Of a stretch of 64,000 bases of DNA, positions 34,299 to 43,236 are shown piece after piece. The notes under the pieces are model-generated. The model was not told the origin of the DNA. It did not search any database and saw only the letters and a list, made by a program, of their open reading frames with translations. The translations under genes were made by a program, and so were the position numbers. Origin of the DNA: a virus (Duplodnaviria; Caudoviricetes); IMG/VR virus record IMGVR_UViG_3300010356_000549, positions 1 to 64,000 of that record, one strand, 5' to 3'. Each line of letters opens with the position of its first letter. Position 1 is the first letter of the stretch.

Positions 34299-34781
34299 AT
34301 GGATTCAAAAACCAACCCGGTCCAACCGGGTCACGACAACCAACATATTGCCAAGGATTCGCTGGTCATTCATGTGACCAATATCGACCTGGCAATCTGC
34401 CTGATAAGCGTGGGCATACCCCTACGGGATGACCCTCCATTCACCCACATTCGGCTGCTGAATGGTGAGGAGCGCTTCATCTTCAATTTCCACTCTGCCT
34501 CTGAGGATGGCACGGAGAACACCGGGAAGCTGATTCAGGCGTTTCGCGAGGATGCGAAGTTCATATCCGAGAACCCCACGCACCCCTTCACCTTCGCCAT
34601 GTGTGCCCTTAAGAACCGGGAGCGCTTCCGCGAGGTTCTGAGCAAGAGCAAGCCCTGGGTGGCCTTTCGCAATTCCAGGGGGGGTAAGGCGAATTTATTG
34701 GTCGTTGAGGGGTCAAGGAAACACCAGCAATGTATCAGAAAAGGTATGGTGAGGACAGACCCTTACCGCAAAGATAAATAA
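34299..34781 (+). CDS. hypothetical protein (tail region)
   Basis: 160-aa ORF. Confidence 0.65.
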   Translation: MDSKTNPVQPGHDNQHIAKDSLVIHVTNIDLAICLISVGIPLRDDPPFTHIRLLNGEERFIFNFHSASEDGTENTGKLIQAFREDAKFISENPTHPFTFAMCALKNRERFREVLSKSKPWVAFRNSRGGKANLLVVEGSRKHQQCIRKGMVRTDPYRKDK

Positions 34782-34782
34782 C

Positions 34783-35229
34783 ATGAGTATGCTAGACGAT
34801 GAACTAACTAAGAAGGCGGCTGAGGCCGAAAAATCCATGATAGACTCGCACGCGGGAGGAGGCGTAGAGCTGCTGGGGATGCACATGAGGCCAGTCACCT
34901 TGGGCTCTTTGGTCATGCTAATGCAGGTCGGCTCTGAGCTGATTCGGGGGGTGCCTATCTCCCAATGCCGAAACATCCTAATGGATTGTTGTGTGTTTAT
35001 ACGGCTCCACACTCTCTCGTTCAAGCAAGCCGTCAAACTGACGCGGAACAAGGCTGCTCTGGAAGACGCGGCATTAGAGCTTGCGGAGAAGTTGAGTCCC
35101 GCTGATGTAGGGGCTATTATTGATGCGGTCACCCTAATGATCAAAAAGGCCACCGAGACGCAGGTGGAGCCTATTCTTGAGGATTCCCTTATGGGCACCC
35201 GCGACGATGACGTGCTGGGGGAGACCTAA
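34783..35229 (+). CDS. tail assembly chaperone (G-like)
   Basis: synteny; GGGGGAG slippery site just before the stop. Confidence 0.7.
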   Translation: MSMLDDELTKKAAEAEKSMIDSHAGGGVELLGMHMRPVTLGSLVMLMQVGSELIRGVPISQCRNILMDCCVFIRLHTLSFKQAVKLTRNKAALEDAALELAEKLSPADVGAIIDAVTLMIKKATETQVEPILEDSLMGTRDDDVLGET

Positions 35230-35414
35230 GACCGCACTGGGTTACCCGACTCTGTGCCGTCGTATCTCTAGTTTCAGGGGAGAGTGCTCATTACATACTT
35301 AGGAAGATGCCTCTGCGCATCGCCTATGATTTTGAGCACATTTTTTACAGGCGGGAGGGGTATAAGGTTACCACGCCGGGGGGCGGCGATTGTGAAATTC
35401 ACAGAATGAGGTAA
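35217..35414 (+). CDS. -1 frameshift extension of the tail chaperone (T-like), no independent start
   Basis: -1 frame is open: GGDLRPHWVTRLCAVVSLVSGESAHYILRKMPLRIAYDFEHIFYRREG...stop at 35412-35414. Confidence 0.7.
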   Translation, partial: GGDLRPHWVTRLCAVVSLVSGESAHYILRKMPLRIAYDFEHIFYRREGYKVTTPGGGDCEIHRMR

Positions 35415-35423
35415 TATGGGGGC

Positions 35424-37847
35424 ATGAATGAGACTATAACTATTGATGTTCTGGCTAATGCGGGCAAGGCCAACAAGAACCTAAAGGACACCAGCAACGC
35501 GGTCAATGGGGTGGGCACTTCTGCCGCATCTACCGGGGGGAAAATGGGCGCTCTGGGTGCTATGGCTCGCAAGGTGGCGATAAGTATTGGGGCCATGGCG
35601 GCGGCCTTTGTCGGATTAGCAGGGGCGGTCTCCATCATGACCAAACTGATTAGGGTCAATGCGGTGTTTGAGGAGTCCATGTCACAGGTCCGAGCCGTGA
35701 CCCAATCAGCGGCAGGCTTCACGGAGGCGGCATTCCGCTCTATGAGCGAGGAGGCAAGGCGGCTCGGGGCGACCACCAAATACACTGCTGGGGATGCTGC
35801 GGATGGCCTTAAGTATCTGGCCATGTCCGGGTTTACCGCTCAACAAGCAACCGAAGCCCTAGAATCTACCCTTGAACTAGCACAAGCTGGTGGTCTGGAG
35901 CTGGGGGAGAGTGCGGAGATTGTGTCTAACATCCTTAACCAGTTTGGGGCGGCGACAAGTCGCACGGCGGAGTTTTGTAATGTCTTGGCGATCACGGCAT
36001 CCCGTTCTAATACTGACGTGAGGCAGATGGGAGAGGCCATGAAGTATGCGGGTCCGGTTGCGGGCGGCTTGGGCAGGAGCGTCCAGGAGACAGCAGCAGC
36101 CATAGGAACATTAGCAAACAGCGGTATCCAAGCCAGTATCGCGGGAACGGCTCTAAGGGGTATGATGATCGGGCTGGCCGATAAGTCTTCCCACACCTAT
36201 AGAACCCTGATTGAAATGGGAGCAACGGAGGAGTCCCTCAACGTACGCACCCGCTCCCTTGTGGATGTCATGCAGACATTGAAGGACGTAGGTGTGAATG
36301 CGGGGAATGCGTACGCTATCTTTACCGACCGGGCGGGCGCGGCTGCGAACATGTTGACACGGAACCTTGATGTTTTTCGTAGCATGGACGAGGCCATTGG
36401 CAACACCCCGGATGGGCTGAATGATATGGCAGATGCAATGGTTGATAACCTTGTAGGGGCTTCCAGAGAAGTGACCTCAGCATGGGAAGAGATGCTGCTA
36501 CAGGTGGGAGACGGCGGCCTAAATGAGGGTCTTCGGGCCTTGGTCGACGGGACGGCCCAAATGCTGGTTGGATTCAATGAGCTGGAGATGGGCGTTGAGG
36601 TGGGGGAGAGCCTATCTGCGGCATTCTCCACTCTTGGTGCCATTCTCGGAGAGCTGCCGGGGGTCATGCAGGATCTTCACACCATCTTCGGGCCAATAGC
36701 TGCATCCATAGGTGCGTTGTGGAATAGCATGGGCAGCGAGGATACTTTCTTTGGCCAGATTAGGCAAGGAAAGCAGGAGAGGGATCTGGTTGGGGAGCAC
36801 AAGAAACAATCCAATTTCACTGAGGATATTAGGCAGCAAGTGAAGGATGCGGACAGCGATGAGGATTCTGAAAAGATTCAGAAGGCTTTGGAAGATCGTC
36901 AACGGGTGTTGGAGGAGACTAAGGCGGCTATTGAGCGGGACGCAACCATGGGTGAGGACATGAAGATACGCTCCCTCAGTCAGGTCAATCAGAGCATGGC
37001 GGAAATCGCCAAGATGAGAGAGGCGGCTTACATTGATTTTGACGACAGGGGAGAGACGGTCAAAAACCTGCAAGCGGAGCTGGCCATGAATATCAAGATC
37101 AACCAAGCAAAGGCGGAGCAGGCCAGGATTGACAAGGAGAATGAGCCTTCTGACGCGGAGCAGGAAGAACAGGCGCGGGCATTCGCTAGGCGCAAGCCCA
37201 TGCGTGAAAGTCTGGAGGCTTTTGATAACGCGGAGCGGGACCGAGACATAGCCAAGGGGCCAAAAGGGCAGGCTAAGGTGGATGCCTACCTTGCCACGGA
37301 GGGGATAGACACAGAGGAGGACTTGGCTGATGAGATGGATGCCCTAAGGGCCAAGCTCAACACGGAGGGAGTGGTCATGTTCAGTGAGGAGGAGGAGAAG
37401 CGGATGGAAGCGTTGCTGGTTCTTATGGGTAAAATCAATGCTGCTAAACGCGAAAGCAAGGACGCAACAAAAGCTGATAAGGCGCTCGCAGATACTGAGG
37501 CCATTCTGGATGCTAAATTGGCCGGGAACAAAGAGGAGGTGGAAAGGCTGGAGCGGGAGGGCAAGATCAATAAGATGACCGAGGAGCTGGGCGGCGGGGA
37601 TAAGGCGAGAGAAAACGCCACTCGGGTCGTTGATAAAACCATGGCTCTGGAGAAGCAAGGCCGGGAACGGGAGACAGCCCGGATTGGCCGGATCGGCGGG
37701 GCTATTAACGCCATCGTGGGGAGGAGTTCCGGGGAGCAGGTTGCCAAGTTGGCCAGTGAGCAGCTATCCCAACAAAAAGAGATCGTGAAGGAGTTGCAAG
37801 AGCACTCCCGTTATTTCAGAACCCAACAACGAACCAGTGTATTTTAA
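35424..37847 (+). CDS. tape measure protein (TP901 family)
   Basis: FEESMSQVRAVT, ARRLGATTKYTA, LAMSGF, GEAMKYAGP, LANSGIQASIAGTALR. Confidence 0.92.
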   Translation: MNETITIDVLANAGKANKNLKDTSNAVNGVGTSAASTGGKMGALGAMARKVAISIGAMAAAFVGLAGAVSIMTKLIRVNAVFEESMSQVRAVTQSAAGFTEAAFRSMSEEARRLGATTKYTAGDAADGLKYLAMSGFTAQQATEALESTLELAQAGGLELGESAEIVSNILNQFGAATSRTAEFCNVLAITASRSNTDVRQMGEAMKYAGPVAGGLGRSVQETAAAIGTLANSGIQASIAGTALRGMMIGLADKSSHTYRTLIEMGATEESLNVRTRSLVDVMQTLKDVGVNAGNAYAIFTDRAGAAANMLTRNLDVFRSMDEAIGNTPDGLNDMADAMVDNLVGASREVTSAWEEMLLQVGDGGLNEGLRALVDGTAQMLVGFNELEMGVEVGESLSAAFSTLGAILGELPGVMQDLHTIFGPIAASIGALWNSMGSEDTFFGQIRQGKQERDLVGEHKKQSNFTEDIRQQVKDADSDEDSEKIQKALEDRQRVLEETKAAIERDATMGEDMKIRSLSQVNQSMAEIAKMREAAYIDFDDRGETVKNLQAELAMNIKINQAKAEQARIDKENEPSDAEQEEQARAFARRKPMRESLEAFDNAERDRDIAKGPKGQAKVDAYLATEGIDTEEDLADEMDALRAKLNTEGVVMFSEEEEKRMEALLVLMGKINAAKRESKDATKADKALADTEAILDAKLAGNKEEVERLEREGKINKMTEELGGGDKARENATRVVDKTMALEKQGRERETARIGRIGGAINAIVGRSSGEQVAKLASEQLSQQKEIVKELQEHSRYFRTQQRTSVF

Positions 37848-37849
37848 TT

Positions 37850-38623
37850 ATGCCAAACGATGTAGATATCAAAGGAGCAACAGAGCCTCATGCCATTGAC
37901 AAAGAGAGTGGCTCTTTGAGTGCGGATGGGCTGGGTCAATCGACCCTGAATTACAGGGTGATGACCTTAGAGCAATGCACCACGTACAGCGAGGGGCACC
38001 CCTTAGGTTGGATTGAAAAGGGGCGCACTTGGGAGCTGCTGACCGGGGGACTCGGCTATGAATTGGCCATCAACTATGAAGGCACAGAGGAGGAGGATTC
38101 CGATGATTATTCGCTGGATATTTCCTTCGCTGAGGAGCCTATTGAATCGCACCCGCGATGGGAGTTGATCAAGAAGGTTTACAAGGGCCGGGTGGAGGAT
38201 GGCAAGGTTGTCTTCACCGAGAAGCTGGAGAGGGGAGGGGCTACCGGGCTGAATGCAGGAGGCGGAGGGCAGCGAAAAAACCCGTTATTTGGGGTAACAT
38301 CTTATTTGGTGTTGAAAGGGGTGTTTGTCCACTCCTACACCACCACGCAAAAGCCACACTTGGACAGCATAGGGACCATAGTGAAGCACCTACCGGGGGA
38401 CTTTGACACGCCGCCCAACCACGATTGGCTGATGATGCCACCGAAGATGAAGCGGGCGGGCAAGAACGCGGAAGGGGAGAAGGTTTACCAAGTGACTCAG
38501 GAGTATCTGATGTCGGCAATCGGAGGATGGCCCCCAGAGGTGTATGGCTTGATGGAACAAGGTGGAGCCGGGGGAAGGCCGGATGGCCTAAGCATAGGAA
38601 GTGTACAGGGGGGCAGATTGTAA
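37850..38623 (+). CDS. putative distal tail/baseplate protein
   Basis: synteny after the tape measure gene. Confidence 0.55.
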   Translation: MPNDVDIKGATEPHAIDKESGSLSADGLGQSTLNYRVMTLEQCTTYSEGHPLGWIEKGRTWELLTGGLGYELAINYEGTEEEDSDDYSLDISFAEEPIESHPRWELIKKVYKGRVEDGKVVFTEKLERGGATGLNAGGGGQRKNPLFGVTSYLVLKGVFVHSYTTTQKPHLDSIGTIVKHLPGDFDTPPNHDWLMMPPKMKRAGKNAEGEKVYQVTQEYLMSAIGGWPPEVYGLMEQGGAGGRPDGLSIGSVQGGRL

Positions 38624-38627
38624 TAAC

Positions 38628-39260
38628 ATGCCTATCACCAACATAAACCAAGTGACGGCCAAGAAGGGGGATGCCATCCTCCCGAAATGGAAGCTGCTAG
38701 TTGAGCTGGTGCAAAGAGGCTTTCGCTTTGGTCGGGACGTTAAGCTGTCCATTCTACCGGGTGGCGGAATGCTGGTTTCTGCAGTGGGCGACCCTTACCC
38801 TTGGCTCCATCCGTGGAAGGTGGGTTACCCCGATGACAGCAATATGGTCAGCATCAGGCCGGGAACAGTAAATGGGGCAGTTCCCTTTATCAAGGAGGGG
38901 ATGCGACTGGGCGAGGTGGATAAGGACACTGGGGACACTCCGGGGCTGACCCTAAAGGCAGGAGAGGAAGGCGAGCGGACGTGGGTAATGGTGAGCGTGA
39001 GAGGGACAAACACCATACGGGGAGAGGAGACGACCTATGACATGCTCAGAATGGATGCGGCCACGTCGTTGCCTAAAGGCATGGGGTCGGGAGGGGTGAT
39101 TGCCACAGATGAAGGGTGGGCGAGGTATCCGGTGGCGATGGTGTTATGGGGAGCAGACGAGCTGGCCGAAAGCATCTTCCAAATATCCTACCACAACCTA
39201 AATTATGTCATGAGCAAGGCCGAAGGCCGGACCAATAGACACTTTTTTTTCGCAGCATGA
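38628..39260 (+). CDS. putative tail-tip protein
   Basis: HPWKVG motif shared with the next ORF; synteny. Confidence 0.55.
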   Translation: MPITNINQVTAKKGDAILPKWKLLVELVQRGFRFGRDVKLSILPGGGMLVSAVGDPYPWLHPWKVGYPDDSNMVSIRPGTVNGAVPFIKEGMRLGEVDKDTGDTPGLTLKAGEEGERTWVMVSVRGTNTIRGEETTYDMLRMDAATSLPKGMGSGGVIATDEGWARYPVAMVLWGADELAESIFQISYHNLNYVMSKAEGRTNRHFFFAA

Positions 39261-40318
39261 AGAGGGATGGTAAAATCAGAGGGCCAAAGATCCAGAAGGT
39301 AACCGGGCCGGAGCCTTTTTATCCTGAGGTTGCGGACTGGAACGGCTTGGCGGCCTGGCTCTACAAGACTCGCAACCTATTCATGGGGACAACGGCAAAG
39401 GAGGGCACTTTCTCTCACCCGTGGAAGGTTGGGTGTGTATGGGATACCGCGCTGGGAAAATGGGTGATAACCGTTAAGGCGGGCTTCCTAAGGGGGCATG
39501 ATGTGGTGGTTAAGGAGGTGGAGGGCTATTGCGCCGGGGATGCCACTTGGAAAAGGGAAACGGGAGCTGTCAACCCAGACCCTATGAACGCGAAGACGGG
39601 CAAGACATTTAAGAACGTGCCCTTGATTGAAAAGCCCATGATTCCAGTGCTCAAATGGAGGGTGGCGGCATCGGCGGACAAGGTGGTGCTCGCCGGGAGC
39701 GACGAGAAGCCCGTTCCGCCCTACTTTACCGAGCTAGGGGTGGTGGGGGCTAAGGTCATCTCCGTTGATCTGGATACACAAGAGCTGACCGTGACTGAGC
39801 CGGAAACGATACCCCTATCAGCGGCGAGGCAACTCCGGTCTGTGGAGATTGTTTTAAATCAACCTAGGCCAGTGGTTAATTTTGTTGAGGCAGATGGAGC
39901 CCTGGTGCCTTCGGTGGATTACCCGGACCCAAAAAAGAAACCACCTTTCTTAAGGCTACAGCCGAAGCCTCCGGTCACGAGCACCGATGTGGTTTCCACT
40001 GCCATAATACAAACCAGTCTCAACCAAGAGCTGCACATCGCAACAGTTTGGTTGATCGGACCTCCGGGCGACTTGGGCACGGTGGAGCCGGGGGAAGATT
40101 GGGAGTTTGTGAGCCAGAATTGGGTGTGGTGGAACCTTGATTACTCGGTCCACGTCAAAGCGACCGAAGTATCCCTGGAGCCAGTAGTCAATCCAGCGCT
40201 CGGGCTAACCGGGAGCGAGAATGCCCAAGTGATCGTGGACGGTCTCAATGCGCAGGCGAGGGCTGCGGAGGAGTTGGCAAGCAGTGTGCAAATAGATGGG
40301 GGATTCTGGACGATATGA
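39257..40318 (+). CDS. putative tail-tip protein
   Basis: FSHPWKVG; synteny. Confidence 0.55.
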   Translation: MKRDGKIRGPKIQKVTGPEPFYPEVADWNGLAAWLYKTRNLFMGTTAKEGTFSHPWKVGCVWDTALGKWVITVKAGFLRGHDVVVKEVEGYCAGDATWKRETGAVNPDPMNAKTGKTFKNVPLIEKPMIPVLKWRVAASADKVVLAGSDEKPVPPYFTELGVVGAKVISVDLDTQELTVTEPETIPLSAARQLRSVEIVLNQPRPVVNFVEADGALVPSVDYPDPKKKPPFLRLQPKPPVTSTDVVSTAIIQTSLNQELHIATVWLIGPPGDLGTVEPGEDWEFVSQNWVWWNLDYSVHVKATEVSLEPVVNPALGLTGSENAQVIVDGLNAQARAAEELASSVQIDGGFWTI

Positions 40319-40506
40319 GCGAGGAAGTTGTAGGATTAACAGGTCCGAGGGAGTTCGAAGAGGAAAGGGCGACCGAGTTGCGCCTCAACCCCAAGTTTCC
40401 CTACTATGCGCAGCCCTTCCCCTTTGACACGGTGATAGACTCCAAAAATTTGCACGATCTTGCAAATCCTGAGGAGGAACAAGGCATTGACAGCAATCAA
40501 CTTTAA
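40315..40506 (+). CDS. small tail-region protein
   Basis: 63-aa ORF with ATGA overlap; LNPKFPYYAQPFP. Confidence 0.5.
   Translation: MSEEVVGLTGPREFEEERATELRLNPKFPYYAQPFPFDTVIDSKNLHDLANPEEEQGIDSNQL
40449..40466 (+). repeat. 18-bp quasi-palindrome, copy 8
   Basis: exact copy inside the 63-aa ORF. Confidence 0.95.
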
Positions 40507-40523
40507 AACGACTGTAAAAATAA

Positions 40524-43235
40524 ATGACATTAACAGGGTATTATGACTTGGCGACTAAGCAGATTTTCAGCGATGTCGCAGGCAACCAAGGGATCAACGT
40601 TCAAACGCTGATTGCTGGGGAGGCAGTAAAAATCAGCGCACGATTCCGGGAGGTGCGGGACGGTGTTCCTAGGGAATATCAGCCCAACGTTAGGGCGATG
40701 CGGGCAACCCTGGGCTTTGTAGATTCCCGCCCAACTCTCGGCACCTTTAAGCTGTCAGTTGGAGGGGTGGAAACGGATGCGATCACCTACAACACCGATT
40801 CAACCGCATTTGCCACGGCTATTCAGGCGGCATTAAACGCGGTGAGCATAGCTGCGGGAGCGGCGACCGTGATCCACCGGGACTCGTCGTTCATCATCAC
40901 GTTCGCCACGATCAGCGGGGCGGCGCAGGAAATCCTCATGGTTCAAAACCGACTACACCCAATAACGTTCGGGAGAGTCCGGGGCTACCAACGCGGAGAC
41001 CGATGGGAGCATGAGCTACGCTTCATGAAGGCACCCCTGGCCCATACCAACACCTTCATTACCGAAGGCGCTCCCGTTCCCGTCATTGAGGTGCTGAGGG
41101 AAGGCGGGTCGGATGGCGATGTATCGTGGTCTGAGATTCAAAAACTTTACATCCCTCCGGGCTTCGCAGGCACCTTTCGGATCGTGCGGGATGGGGCCAT
41201 ACGGTCTGAGCCTTTAGGCGTCAAATCTACCGTGGAGGATATTGACGCTGCCATGACCAACCTACTTGATCCGGGGGGAGAGTTCATAGTCACCACGCCC
41301 ATCAAAAACGTGGCTTATATTGAGTTCGCCGGGGACATGAAGGGGGGGAACTATCCCCTGCTCACTGTGGAAATCTTTGACTCCCCTCCGCCAGCCAAGG
41401 CTGTCACCCTAAATACGCGCACTCGCGAGATGGCCGACTGGATGCAGGTGGTCAACGAGGGCTTGGCTTGGCTTGAGGTAAAGGCAGAAATCGAAGATGA
41501 GGAGGATGTGTTTAAGTGGCACACCCTTTTCTATCGCGAGGTGCGGGTTCGGGAGAACATCGACTGGGAGGAGCTGGCGACTGCTCCGGGGATTGACTGG
41601 CTGAATCCGCCTTCTTTCTACTCTTACAACACGTTTGCGCCGGGGCAAGTGAGCAATGGCCAAATCCACTACACGACCACGATTGGTGATGGGTCGGCTA
41701 CATCCTTCCCCATCACCCATGGGCTGAACACGACAGTGGTTGATTTATCAATTCTGGAGACGGCTTCTCCGGGGGCAGCCATGATCGCGGGAACGGACTT
41801 TTCGTGGGAGAGGAACGGAGCAAATCAGGTAATTATAACGTGGCTCGGAACCACACCGACAACCGGGCAATATGTGGCTACCGTAAAGGGGCTGGCAATG
41901 ACCAGCTTTTTTGACGATCACGGCCACGTTATCGACGACACGGAGGGGCTGCAAGAAATCATCGACGACCTACAGGGGCGGCTGGCCGTCCTTGAAATAT
42001 CGTCAGGGGGCAGAACCCTGGAGGCACCGGGCGAGGAGGGGATTGAGGTGGCCAGATGGACTTTGCCTACCCTCTATGAGCTGTATCCTTCCAAGGTGCA
42101 ACCGACTCCACCGGAGTCTGGCAAATTGTCTGACCTTGACGCGGACGAGTTACGCGAGGGGTCAACCCGCAAGATCATCAGCCGGGGTAAAGGGCTGCTG
42201 CCAGCCGTCCATGACGCGAGTGTGGCGGCTTTGCCCGCTACTTTACCCGCTGCAAACTCAACTGCGGCTGAGGCATTTATTGGAGCCGTGGGGAGGCACG
42301 ACGGCACCGGGGAGCTGATACTTCCGGGGGGAGGAGGCAACGCATCTTCACGCATTCAGCCGGGCGAATTTGCGACGACCGACGGGGTGCTGTGGTATCC
42401 TGTGGTTCAATACGGTGACTATGAGGCCCATGTAGTGACGGCGAATGCCGAGACCGACAAGCTGACCTTCTCATCCCTGGCCACGGCTGAGATGCTTCCC
42501 GAAGGGGCAAACGTCGAGCTGGCCACGACCAACACCTTGCCAGCCGGGCTATCGACGGGGGTGACATACACCGTGTTTGGCATGGACTATGCCGATGGCT
42601 CGTTTCAACTCAAAGACAGTGGGGGTACGGTGGTGACCTTTACCGATACCGGGACCGGAGTTCATACCGTGGTGGTGGCGGGGCAAATCACTTATTACCC
42701 AAGGCACTTCGAGCGGACCCTTTTTACCATCCATGTAAATGACAAGATGCTGAGGCCACGCAAACGGCTTGACGTGGGCTTCCAACTGGAGGCTGCGGTC
42801 TTGAAATCCAACACGGAGGCGCAGTGGGTGGTCGTGATTGAGATTGGGGAAGCCCGGTCCGTCGCTACGGTGGGGACCGAGGGGCTGAATCTGAGTGAGA
42901 TGGTGTGGCGTAAAATCCCTGCTCTTGAGCAACGCATTATCCTGACCAAGCAGGCCACGACACACCGTTTCGGCCTAAGGGTTCAACGGCGGCTGATAGA
43001 CGGGCTGGACGTGTTTGATGCGTCCCGCTTCCTTTATGGTGCGCAAGAAACCGGGGTGGTCCCCCCTCTCACGGCCAACTTTGCGGTGAGGGGCAGGTTG
43101 ACCCGATTTGATACCATTGATTCCGTGTCTGACCCTAAGGGCTACGTGATTGTCTCGGGATTGAATTTTAAGGCAGAGGATGATGCCGCTAGCAATGGGA
43201 CGGCTATCGAGTATGGTTTCGCCATAGTAAAATAA
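40524..43235 (+). CDS. large tail/structural protein
   Basis: 903 aa; IGDGSATSFPITHGLNT and TLPAGLSTGVTYTV motifs typical of virion proteins. Confidence 0.65.
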   Translation: MTLTGYYDLATKQIFSDVAGNQGINVQTLIAGEAVKISARFREVRDGVPREYQPNVRAMRATLGFVDSRPTLGTFKLSVGGVETDAITYNTDSTAFATAIQAALNAVSIAAGAATVIHRDSSFIITFATISGAAQEILMVQNRLHPITFGRVRGYQRGDRWEHELRFMKAPLAHTNTFITEGAPVPVIEVLREGGSDGDVSWSEIQKLYIPPGFAGTFRIVRDGAIRSEPLGVKSTVEDIDAAMTNLLDPGGEFIVTTPIKNVAYIEFAGDMKGGNYPLLTVEIFDSPPPAKAVTLNTRTREMADWMQVVNEGLAWLEVKAEIEDEEDVFKWHTLFYREVRVRENIDWEELATAPGIDWLNPPSFYSYNTFAPGQVSNGQIHYTTTIGDGSATSFPITHGLNTTVVDLSILETASPGAAMIAGTDFSWERNGANQVIITWLGTTPTTGQYVATVKGLAMTSFFDDHGHVIDDTEGLQEIIDDLQGRLAVLEISSGGRTLEAPGEEGIEVARWTLPTLYELYPSKVQPTPPESGKLSDLDADELREGSTRKIISRGKGLLPAVHDASVAALPATLPAANSTAAEAFIGAVGRHDGTGELILPGGGGNASSRIQPGEFATTDGVLWYPVVQYGDYEAHVVTANAETDKLTFSSLATAEMLPEGANVELATTNTLPAGLSTGVTYTVFGMDYADGSFQLKDSGGTVVTFTDTGTGVHTVVVAGQITYYPRHFERTLFTIHVNDKMLRPRKRLDVGFQLEAAVLKSNTEAQWVVVIEIGEARSVATVGTEGLNLSEMVWRKIPALEQRIILTKQATTHRFGLRVQRRLIDGLDVFDASRFLYGAQETGVVPPLTANFAVRGRLTRFDTIDSVSDPKGYVIVSGLNFKAEDDAASNGTAIEYGFAIVK

Positions 43236-43236
43236 T

